DNA of 25,830 bases from Octopus sinensis (GCF_006345805.1 NW_021836218.1:1-25830); one strand, 5' to 3'; positions 10,486-21,042 are shown, numbered from the stretch's first letter. The notes: a model not told the origin generated them from the letters alone. Numbers and translations are program-made.

Positions 10486-10724
10486 GTCATTTTGTTTTTA
10501 TTTTTTATTTTAGAGGGGAGGGTCACATATTTTGTTTGATTTTTTCCAAAAATCTAAATTCCGAATTTGTCTAAGAAATAAATGTAAATAAACAAAAATC
10601 AAAACAAAAATGCCAGAGAAAAATAAATAAATAAATAAATAAATAATAATGCCCCTCCAATCGACCACCACCCATGAAAAGAAATTTTTGAAATTCCAAT
10701 AAAATGATATATAGTAATGTATAT

Positions 10725-11940
10725 TAGTGTATGTGTATGTGTGTGGTAGTATGTATACAAATATGTATATATGTATGTATGCATAGATATCTGTATGTGA
10801 GTGTGTGTGCATATTTGTATGTGTGTGTGTGGTGTGTATGTATGTATATGTATGCATGTATGTGTGTGTATATATGTATGTATACATGTACATATGTGTT
10901 TGTGTGTGAGTATATGCATGTATGTATGTATACATGTCTGTATGTGTATGTGTGTAGGTATGTATGTGTATGTATGTGTGTAAGTATGTGTGTGTATGTA
11001 TGTGTGTAAGTATGTATGTGTATGTATGTGTGTAAGTATGTATGTGTATGTATGTGTGTAAGTATGTATGTGTATGTATGTGTGTAAGTATGTATGTGTA
11101 TGTATGTGTGTAAGTATGTGTGTGTATGTATGTGTGTAAGTATGTGTGTGTATGTATGTGTGTAAGTATGTGTGTGTATGTATGTGTGTAAGTATGTGTG
11201 TGTATGTATGTGTGTAAGTATGTGTGTGTATGTATGTGTGTAAGTATGTGTGTGTATGTATGTGTGTAAGTATGTATGTGTATGTATGTGTGTAAGTATG
11301 TATGTGTATGTATGTGTGTAAGTATGTTGTGTATGTATTGTGTAAGTATGTGTGTGTATGTATGTGTGTAAGTATGTGTGTGTATGTATGTGTGTAAGTA
11401 TGTGTTTATATGTATGTATGTGTGTAAGTATGTGTTTATATGTATGTATGTGTGTAAGTATGTGTTTATATGTATGTATGTGTGTAAGTATGTGTTGTAT
11501 GTTATGTGTGTAAGTATGTATGTTTATGTATGTGTGTAAGTATGTGTTGTGTGTATGTAGTGTGTAGTATGTGTGTGTATGTATGTGTGTAAGTATGTAT
11601 GTGTATGTATGTGTGTAAGTATGTGTGTGTATGTATGTGTGTAAGTATGTGTGTGTATGTATGTGTGTAAGTATGTGTGTGTATGTTATGTGTGTAAGTA
11701 TGTGTGTGTATGTATGTGTGTAAGTATGTGTGTGTATGTATGTGTGTAAGTATGTGTGTGTATGTATGTGTGTAAGTATGTGTGTGTATGTATGTGTGTA
11801 AGTATGTGTGTGTATGTATGTGTGTATGTATGTGTGCATATATGTGTATGTATGTCTGTATGTATTTATGTATGTATGTATATGTGTGTGTGGGTGTATA
11901 TGTATATATGTATGTAAGTGTATGTATGTATGTATGTATG
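10725..11940. repeat. (GT)/(GTAT) field containing a 26-bp minisatellite (about 10965-11815, roughly 30 or more units)
   Basis: TAAG anchor every 26 bp (e.g. 11111, 11137); unit AAGTATGT(G/A)TGTGTATGTATGTGTGT. Confidence 0.94.
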
Positions 11941-12130
11941 AACCAAGGAAGGAGACCTCAATACGGTATGAAGATATGGTAAAAATAGCAACCAAACCTC
12001 CCTCAAACCACATCCTAATGTCTTATACATGTATGTATGTATGAGACAATGCGAGAGACCTCTACATGGTAGCTAGACATAGTAGAAAGAGCAGTCAAAT
12101 CTCCCTCAAGTAACACTCTTCTGTCTTATA
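11940..12130 (-). repeat. Two diverged copies of the 6010-7175 unit in the opposite orientation
   Basis: AAACCTCCCTCAAACCACATCC near 11995 and GACCTCTACATGGTAGCTAGAC..AAATCTCCCTCAAG at about 12056-12110 are reverse complements of the array unit. Confidence 0.85.
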
Positions 12131-12306
12131 TATGTATGTATGTATTTAGATGCATGTATGCATAAGTGTTTGTCTGTGTGTCTGTGTGTGACACATACAC
12201 TTATGTATGTATGTATATATGTATCTGTACACAGGCATGAATACATATACGTGTGTGTGTGTGTGCGTCAATATATTCATGTATATGTGTGTGTGTGTGT
12301 GTGTAT

Positions 12307-12450
12307 GTGCCTGTGATTGTAGCCCCAACTGCCACTTGCCAACCAGTGTTGGTGTGTTTACATCCCTGTAACCTAGCAGTTCAGTGAACGACACCAAAAG
12401 TGCGGTGCTCCAGCATGGCCACAGTCAAATGACTGAAACAGTAAGAGATA
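12307..12450 (+). mobile_element. Family B SINE 3' half with an internal deletion
   Basis: GGTGTGTTTAC..GCGGTGCTCCAGCATGGCCACAGTCAAATGACTGAAACA is the reverse complement of 13203-13400. Confidence 0.86.
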
Positions 12451-12714
12451 AGATATATATATATATATATTATATATATATATATGTATATATAATATAT
12501 ATATATATATATATAGATATATATATACATATATATATACATATTATATATAATATATATATATATATACATATATATATACATATATTATATATATGTA
12601 TGATATATATTATATATTATTATATATATATATATATAATGTATATAATATATATATATATATATTATATATATATAATATATTATACATATATATATTA
12701 TATTATATATATAG

Positions 12715-12791
<77 letters not shown>

Positions 12792-12870
12792 TATATATAT
12801 ATATAATATATATATATATATACATATATATATACATATATATATATATATGTATATATATTTATGTATA
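12451..12870. repeat. About 420 bp of nearly pure (TA)n
   Basis: Direct reading. Confidence 0.97.
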
Positions 12871-12879
12871 GACAATTCA

Positions 12880-13145
12880 TTCTTTTATTCATTTACTTGT
12901 ATCAGTCTTTTCACTGTGGCCATGCTGGAGCACCGCCGCAAATGGTTTCTAGTCGAAGAAATCGACCCCTGAACTTATCCCTTGTAAGTCTGGTACTTAT
13001 TCTATCGGTCTCTTTTCTCGAACTGCTAAGTCATGGTGGACGTAAACACACCAACTCCGGTTGCTAAGCGATGGTAGGGGGACAAACACAGACCAAAGTT
13101 GGATTTGATGGCTGGAACGGAAACTGAAAGAAGCCTTTTGTATAT
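12880..13145 (-). mobile_element. Family B SINE: 3' half (12880-13093) joined to an inverted middle segment (13091-13145)
   Basis: 12880-13093 aligns with 13203-13395. 13091-13145 (GACCAAAG..GGATTTG..ACGGAAACTGAAAGAAGCC..GTATAT) is the reverse complement of the segment seen at about 13443-13500. Confidence 0.82.
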
Positions 13146-13202
13146 TTGCCAACACTACACCTGGTACCCCCCAGAAATACACACAAACATCTACTCTTTT
13201 AT

Positions 13203-13610
13203 ACTTTTACTTGTTTCAGTCATTTGACTGTGGCCATGCTGGAGCACCGCCTTTAGTTGAGCAAATCGACCCCAGGACTTATTCTTTGTAAGCCTACTAC
13301 TTATTCTATCGGTCTCTTTTACCGAACCACTAAGTTACGGGGACATAAATGCACCAGCATCGGTTGTCAAGCAATACTAGGGGGACAAACACAGACACAC
13401 ATATCTATCTATCTATCTATCTATATATATATATATATATATATATACAACAGGCTTTTTTCAGTTCCAACTACCAAATCCACCCACAAGGCTTTGGTCA
13501 GGCCAAGGCTGTAGTAGAAGACATTTGTCCAAGGTGCCACACAGTGGGACTGAACCGGAACCATGTGGTTGGTAAGCAAGCTACTTACCACACAGCCACT
13601 CCTGCGCCTG
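13203..13610 (-). mobile_element. Apparently full-length family B bipartite SINE: head 13610-13447, internal (TA)/(GATA) microsatellite 13447-13396, 3' half to 13203
   Basis: Minus strand reads GGCGCAGGAGTGGCTGTGTGGTAAG (A box) ... CCGGTTCAGTCCC (B box) ... CCTTGGACAAAT (CORE-like). Five partial homologues occur elsewhere in the window. Confidence 0.9.
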
Positions 13611-13828
13611 TATATATATATATATACACACACACACACCTCACACACATAGAAATATATATATCCATATATACATACATACTCATACACCCTCATACAC
13701 ACACACACACACACCGCACAAAGACAACTCTTACCTCTAGCCTTACTTTCTCTGCCGCCGCTGCTGCCACCATCACCGGCACCACCTTGAAGACTCACCT
13801 TGCTAAATACCTAGTAACCTACTACCTG

Positions 13829-13871
<43 letters not shown>

Positions 13872-14344
13872 GCACATCCACTCTCCGAACGTTGGATTGT
13901 TAACATTGGTTAAACTTTTCTCCGCCACACTTCGCCTCTACCCCGCCACCCCGGCCCCTGCCCCTCCTCCTCCTCCTCCTCCTCCTCTTCCTTCTTCTCC
14001 TTCCCCTCCCCCTCTTTCTATTTCCCACCCACCCAAGGACAGAGATAATAACACCCGAAAGAAAGAAACAGAAGATCTAGCGGAGAAGAGGCAGTCTTTT
14101 GTCCATAGTGAAAGCAATCCACGTAATTAGAAGTGTGAGAAATTAGGTGCAAAGCGTTTGAAGCCGGTGTCAGCTTATTAGCTCCTGGTGCTAAACACCT
14201 TGTCAGTTCAACAGTGTGTGGATGTGTGCGTGTGTGTGTGTGTGTGTACATATTGAAAGATAGAAGCATAGATAAATAGATGGATAGATCGATAGGCAAA
14301 TGGATAGATAGGTAGATGTAGAGACAAGGAGGAATGTATGTTTA

Positions 14345-14411
14345 GAGAGATAGATACAAAGATAGATAGATAGATAGATAGAAAGATAGATAGAGGGAGG
14401 GAGAGAGATAA

Positions 14412-14450
<39 letters not shown>

Positions 14451-14460
14451 TTGATAGATA

Positions 14461-14492
<32 letters not shown>

Positions 14493-14508
14493 TAGATAAG
14501 ATAGATAG

Positions 14509-14551
<43 letters not shown>

Positions 14552-14600
14552 CAGATAGATAGACAGATAGATAGATAGATAGATAGGTAGATAGATAGAC

Positions 14601-14654
<54 letters not shown>

Positions 14655-14820
14655 GTAGATAAGATAGATAGATAGGATAGATAGATTAGATAGATAAATA
14701 GTGATAGATAGATAGACACACAGACAGATAGACAGACAGATAGATAAGATAGATAGATAAATAGATAGATAGATAGGTAGATAGATAGATATAGACAGAT
14801 ATAGATAGATAGATATATAT
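14345..14820. repeat. (GATA)n/(GACA)n/(GA)n tract
   Basis: Direct reading. Confidence 0.96.
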
Positions 14821-15160
14821 AGCAAGAATCATAGATGGACAGGTCAACAGAAGGAGCTATTATTTTATCAACAGATGACTGTACACACACACAAACACAC
14901 ACACACACACACACACACATTCATATGCACAACCATGCTCAAGTTTGACTGTACCCTTCATACTCTCATGGAAAACATGGGGTCGAAATAAGGTGGGGAA
15001 CTGGCAGAGACATCCCCTCCCTCAAAATTCCAGATCAACTGCCTATTATAGAAAGGATCATCATCATCATCATCATCATCATTATCGTTATTATTATCAT
15101 CATCATCATTATTATTATTATTATTATTATTGTTATTATGTTGATTATTATTATTATTAT

Positions 15161-15608
15161 TGAGTGAGAGAGCAGTGCATGCCATCAAAGTGACACTGGG
15201 GTAAAATATACGAAACCCAGTATACCCATCATGACTACCCGTCTGATAAGGGTACACCAGGCACATGCATCACAACCATATGTGCGTGACATGGTGATCT
15301 CATATCAAGATAAACAGCACATGACCTTGCAGGTGGGGCCCAGTTAGAATTTCCTTCTGGTCAAGTAGGCCATCCCGCTGAAAAGGTCTCTGAATAAGGA
15401 TTGTTTAAGCATGTTGAATGCACCACCCATGTTTCCAAAGGTGAATTATCCAAAGCTCTAAGAATTCCTTTCAACCCATGGCTACGCTGTTCCCCGACTA
15501 CTTCTGCTCGTGATCAGAGATGTACATATCGTCAGCCACTAAGGGACATGGTCAACTGGTTAAGGTCAAACAACTGACAAGCAAATCTGTGGTATTGAGC
15601 AGAATATT
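15161..15608 (-). mobile_element. Family D interspersed element, truncated; strand inferred from the (AAT)n tail at 15058-15160
   Basis: About 450 bp colinear with 20557-21008 (TGAGTGAGAGAGCAGTGCATGCCATCAAAGTGAC...GTATTGAGCAGAATATT). Confidence 0.88.
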
Positions 15609-15666
15609 ATTAACATTATTATTATTTCACATTATTATCATCATTGTTATCATTATTAGTATTATT

Positions 15667-15870
15667 AGTGAGATGGCAGAATCATTAGCATGCCAGGTGA
15701 AATTCTTAGCAGTATTTCATCTGCCGCTATGTTCTGAGTTCAAATTCCACCAAGATCGACTTTGCCTTTCATCATTTTTGGGGTCAATAAATTAAGTACC
15801 AGTTATGCACTGGGGTTGATGTAATCGACTTGCCCCCACCCCCAAAATTTCAGGCCTTGTAGAAAAGATT
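15667..15870 (+). mobile_element. Family A SINE, subfamily with CCCCAAAATTTCAGGCCTTGT..(ATT)n tail
   Basis: TGGCAGAATCATTAG, GAGTTCAAATTCC, GACTTTGCCTTTCATC, AAGTACCAG. Confidence 0.87.
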
Positions 15871-15899
15871 ATTATTATTATTATCAATACCATCATTAC

Positions 15900-16195
15900 T
15901 ACTGTATATACATAATTACATGAATGCACACACACATATAGGAAAGTGTGTATACATAGACATATATACATATATATATATATATACAGCAACACACACA
16001 CACACATATATATATAGAGAGAGAGTGAGAGATGTTTGTATGTATCTATATATGTATGAGTGTATATATATATATATATATGTATATATACTCAGACACG
16101 TACACACATATATATATGTATGTGTATATATATATATATGTATGTGCATATGTGTATATATATATATATGTAGAAATATATATAAGTATATGTAT

Positions 16196-16232
<37 letters not shown>

Positions 16233-16351
16233 CCGAAATTGCGAGGATGATCCGGTTCTTGACTGAAGATTGAAGGCTTCGAATGTCCCGTCTGTGTTTT
16301 TTGTATTGTCTTCTAAATGTTTTATGTTCTTGTCCCAGTTTGTATTTTTTC

Positions 16352-16405
<54 letters not shown>

Positions 16406-16478
16406 CATATATAAAATACATATATATATATCCGCACACACACATATATATGTATATATATATATATATGTATATATA

Positions 16479-16509
<31 letters not shown>

Positions 16510-16525
16510 GTATATATTATATATA
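15900..16525. repeat. (TA)n/(TG)n field enclosing a unique island at 16229-16350
   Basis: Direct reading. Confidence 0.92.
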
Positions 16526-16589
16526 TCAGCATTTCAGGATCAAAGATCTTTCTTTCCCGCCATTCCCAAACCTTCGTATACTGAATTAG

Positions 16590-18060
16590 CAGCAATCACA
16601 CCGCCGCCACCACCAGAACCACCAAGAACAACAACAGCAACAACAACTGCCACTACCATCGTCATCATCACCACCACCACCAAGTTGACTACAAGTCTGC
16701 ATGCTCCCTTCCTGCACCCTAACTTCATCCCCTGCCACCACCACCACCTACCATTAAATTTACACTCTGCACTTTGTACCACGACACCGCATCATCTAAC
16801 CTCTTGTACAACCACCACCACCACCACCACCACCACTACCACCACGACATCCAATCCCGTGGTTCCTCCCCTCCGCCGCTTACTCCATGCATGCCACCCG
16901 TTGCTCCACTCATGCTTCACCCCGCCACCATCACCACCACCACCCTCTCCACCCCCAACCCCCCACCCCAGTGCACACCACCTTTCTTTTTCATTCTACG
17001 CATCCCCACCCCTCTCTCTCTCCCCGCTACCTCTACCCCCCCCACCACCACCACCACTGTCCACCACCTGCACACACGCCCACTCTACAGCCCCCCCACC
17101 ACCACGCCGCCGCCACCGAATACTGCGCAGTGTTCAACGATAATGACTCGTTAATGCAGCCCCTCCTCCTACTCCTCCTTCTCCTCTCCACTCCCTCCTT
17201 CCTCCTCATCGCCTTCTTTCTCTCCGTCTTTTCACCCCACACCTTCCCCTCCACCCTTGTCCTATCGCCCAGCCTCTCGCCACCTTCACCCCCACCACGT
17301 GGCGGCAACAACACTTTTTCTGTATCCCTCCCTCATTAGCCCCCCCCCCCCAGCCAGCCAGCCTCCAACACCCCCACCCCCGATTATTTGCTGTCTCTTA
17401 CTCTTTCTCTCTCTCCTACCACCACTACCACCTCCTTTCCTTCCTTCTACTTCCACCCACTCTGCCACCACCATTTCCCTCAAACCACCACCACCACCAC
17501 CACCACCACCACTTATTTCTTTATTGCCCACAACGGGCTAAACACAGACGGGAACAAACAAGGACACACAAACGGATTAAGTTGATTTAATCGACCCCAG
17601 TGCGTAACTGGTACTTATTTAATCGACCATGAAAGGATGAAAGGCAAAGTCGACCTCGGCGGAATTTGAACACAGAACATAGCGGCAGACAAAATACCGC
17701 TAAGCATTTCGCCCGGTGTGCTAATGATTCTGCTAGCTTGCCACCACCACAAACACCACCACCACCACCACCACTTTCGTTCCCTTCCCCTTCCATTACC
17801 CCACCCCACCAGCCTTTCTCCCATCCTCTCCAACCATCCTGCCATCATTCACACACCCCCAAAACAACCACCACCACCTCTACAACAATGCCCCCACCAC
17901 TTTCCACCCCCTTTCGCCCTCTCTTACCATTCCTCTGCCACTCCCCCTTCTGCCGCCGCTGCTGCACAACCCTCTCACCCAGCCGCCTCTCCCCACAGCC
18001 ACCTCTCCAAAGGCCTCCATCCCCCTCCATCTTTTCCCTTCCACTGCATTTTCCCATCGT
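16590..18060. repeat. C-rich low-complexity region, (ACC)n/(CT)n/(C)n, interrupted by a family A SINE
   Basis: Strong C-over-G skew on the + strand; the P/T/H-rich ORFs derive from it. Confidence 0.88.
17512..17745 (-). mobile_element. Family A tRNA-derived SINE, near full length
   Basis: Minus strand reads GGTGGCAAGCTAGCAGAATCATTAG ... GTGTTCAAATTCCGCCGAGGTCGACTTTGCCTTTCATCC ... AATAAAGAAATAAG; same tail type as 8317-8534. Confidence 0.9.
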
Positions 18061-18319
18061 CCCGACTTTCGTCTACTTTCAGTTTCACTTTTCAACACCG
18101 CGTTTAATAAATTACATTTGCTGCGCGCATTATTTGCTGTGTTTTATTTTCGCATTTTTTTCTTGCACAGCGGTGGAGGCGGGGATGACGGCAAGGGGTG
18201 GCGCGTGGCAGAGGGAGTAAGAGGTTGGGGGCGGCTAGGTCATGCCAGTTATGTATATTGTTCTTCTCGGTGCTGTTATTGCTGTAGGTGTAACGATTGC
18301 CAGCATTGCTGTTGCTACA

Positions 18320-18536
18320 GTTATCATTATTATCAATATTATTATCATCATAATCACCATCATCATCATTATCACTATTATTAATATCATTATTATTATT
18401 TTTATTATTATCATCATAATCACCATCATCCTCATTATCACTATTATTAATATCATTATCATCATCATCATCATCATCATCATCATTATTATTATCATCA
18501 TAATCACCATCATCATCATTATCACTATTATTAATA

Positions 18537-18570
<34 letters not shown>

Positions 18571-18743
18571 GATTATTGTTGTTGTTGTTGTTACAATTTG
18601 TATTTCTGTTGTTATTGCTGGTTACTATTCTTATCAATATTCTCATCGCTATTGTTGATGTTGTCATTTTTGCCTGTTCTTTTAAACTACAACAAAAATA
18701 CAAAAACGTATCGATACTTTTACTATTGTTATCCTTGTCAACA

Positions 18744-18774
<31 letters not shown>

Positions 18775-18889
18775 CATTATTATTATTATTATCATTATTG
18801 CTATTATTAACATTATTATCAACATCATTCTTCTTCTTCTTATTATTATTATTATTATCATTATTGCTATTATTATCATCATCATCATC
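18320..18889. repeat. (ATT/ATC)n tract with a unit of about 50 bp repeated three times
   Basis: ATAATCACCATCATC at 18350, 18416 and 18500, each followed by ATTATCACTATTATTAATATCAT. Confidence 0.92.
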
Positions 18890-20348
18890 ACCCTTTAGTG
18901 TTCGTATTATTCTGCCAAAATTAATCCTTTTTTATCCACATTGTTTTGAATTAATCAGGCATTATCTTGTAGCTTTGAGATTTTGATGATGCAACTTAAT
19001 CTTTAAAACGATATTGTAGGGTTGGTGTGAGAGACCAGATATGGCCAGTTCGAACATAAAACAGGCAGAATACTTTTGGCCGGATATGGCCGGTTTGAAT
19101 GCTAAAGGGTCAAAAAATGATTTAAAAAGAAGGATTTACTACAGATGTATTCAGTAATAATGATTTTTTTCCTGTACAAATAAGCTTGTGCCTAATTAAG
19201 CATTTAGGGTTCACATTATTCTGCCAAAATTAATCCTTTTTTATCCGAATTGTCTTGAATTAATCAGGCATTATCTTGGTGCTATGAAATTTTGACGAGG
19301 TAGCTGTTAATTTTTAAAACAATATTGTAGGGTTGGTGTGAGAGACCAGATCTGGCCAGTTTGAACTAAAACAGGCAGAATACTTTTGGCCGGATATGCC
19401 GGTTTGAATGCTAAAGGGTAAAAAATGATTTAAAAAGAAGATTTACTACAGATGTATTCGTTAATAATGATTTTTTCCTGTACAAATAAGCTTGTGCCTA
19501 ATTAAACCCTTTAGTGTTCGTATTATTCTGCCAAAATTAATCCTTTTTTAATCCACATTGTTTTGAATTAATCAGGCATTATCTTGTAGCTTTGAGATTT
19601 TTTGATGATGCAACTTAATCTTTAAAACGATATTGTAGGTTGGTGTGAGAGACCAGATATGGCCAGTTCGAACATAAAACAGGCAGAATACTTTTGGCCG
19701 GATATGGCCGGTTTGAATGGCTAAAGGGTCAAAAAATGATTTAAAAAGAAGTTTACTACAGATGTATTCAGTAATAATATTTTTTTTTCCTGTACAATAA
19801 GCTTGTGCCTAATTAGGCATTTAGGGTTCACATTATTCTGCCAAAAATAATCCTTTTTTATCCGAATTGTCTTGAATTAATCAGGCATTATCTTGGTGCT
19901 ATGAAATTTTGACGAGTAGCTGTTAATTTTTAAAACAATATTGTAGGGTTGTGTGAGAGACCAGATCTGGCCAGTTTTGAACATAAAACAGGCAGAATAC
20001 TTTTGGGGCCGGATATGGCCGTTTGAATGCTAAAGGGTAAAAAATGATTTAAAAAGAAGAGATTTACTACAGATGTATTCATAATAATGATTTTTTCCTG
20101 TACAAAGAAGCTTGTGCCTAATTAACCCTTTAGTGTTCGTATTATTCTGCAAAATTAATCCTTTTTTATCCAATTATCTTGAATTAATCAGGCATTATCT
20201 TGGTGCTATGAGATTTTGACGAGGTAGCTGTTAATTTTTAAAACAATATTGTAGGGTTGGTGTGAGAGACCAGATCTGGCCAGTTTGAACATAAAACAGG
20301 CAGAATACTTTTGGCCGGATATGACCGGTTTGAATGCTAAAGGGTTAA
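18890..20348. mobile_element. Tandem array of five 223-231 bp piggyBac-like MITEs (family M) separated by four near-identical spacers of about 85 bp
   Basis: Copy 5 (20122-20348) reads TTAA-CCCTTTAGTGTTC ... GAATGCTAAAGGG-TTAA. This is a 13-bp TIR with two mismatches, CCC termini and TTAA on both sides, the established piggyBac signature. Other copies start near 18890, 19196, 19502, 19813. No transposase. Confidence 0.85.
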
Positions 20349-20545
20349 GGCGGTGTGCTGGCGGAATCATTTGCATGCCGGATTAAATTCTTAGCGGTTT
20401 TCCATTTGCAGCTACGTTGTGAGTTCAAATCTCACCAGGGCCGACTTTGCCTTTCATCCTTTCCGGGTCAGTTAACTAAATCAACTTAATTCTCTCCCAC
20501 CAAATTTGAGACCTTGTGCCTATAGTAGAAAGGATTATTATTATC
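20349..20545 (+). mobile_element. Family A SINE, diverged, with an internal deletion
   Basis: GGCGGTGTGCTGGCGGAATC, GAGTTCAAATCTC, GACTTTGCCTTTCATCC, tail CCTTGTGCCTATAGTAGAAAGGATTATT. Confidence 0.82.
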
Positions 20546-20556
20546 ATCATCATTAT

Positions 20557-21042
20557 TGAGTGAGAGAGCAGTGCATGCCATCAAAGTGACATTGGGGTAA
20601 AATACACAAAGCCCTGTATACCCATCATGACTACCCGTCTGATAAGGGTACACCAGGCACATGCATCACAACCATATGTGCGCATCATGGTGATCTCATA
20701 TCAAAATAAACAGCACTTGACCTTGCAAGTGGGGCCCAGTTAGAATTTACTTCTGGGCGAGTAACCCATCCCACTCAAAAGGTCCCTGAATAAAGGTTGT
20801 TTAAGGATGTTGAACGAACCACCCATGTTTCCAGAGGTGAACTATTCAAACCCCAAAGAATCCCTCTCAACATGTGGCTATGATGCTCCCCACTACTTCT
20901 GCTCGTGATCAGAGATGCACATATCGTCAGCCACTAAGGGACATGGTCAACTGGTTATGGTCAAACAACTGACCAAGCAAATCTGTGGTATTGAGCAGAA
21001 TATTTGCTGTATCCATCGTTTATACAAAGACAAATCATGTAT
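20557..21042 (-). mobile_element. Family D element (strand inferred from tail)
   Basis: Colinear with 15161-15608; its right end is the reverse complement of 21610-21803. Confidence 0.88.

Noticed and set aside
14150-14210. Possible pre-miRNA hairpin (AGGTG...CACCT)
   Set aside because: Pairing is discontinuous, with no stem of about 30 bp and no recognised mature miRNA.
18890-20348. Repeat-spacer array as CRISPR or integron cassette array
   Set aside because: Spacers are copies of one sequence, and units are over 220 bp with TIRs and TTAA ends.
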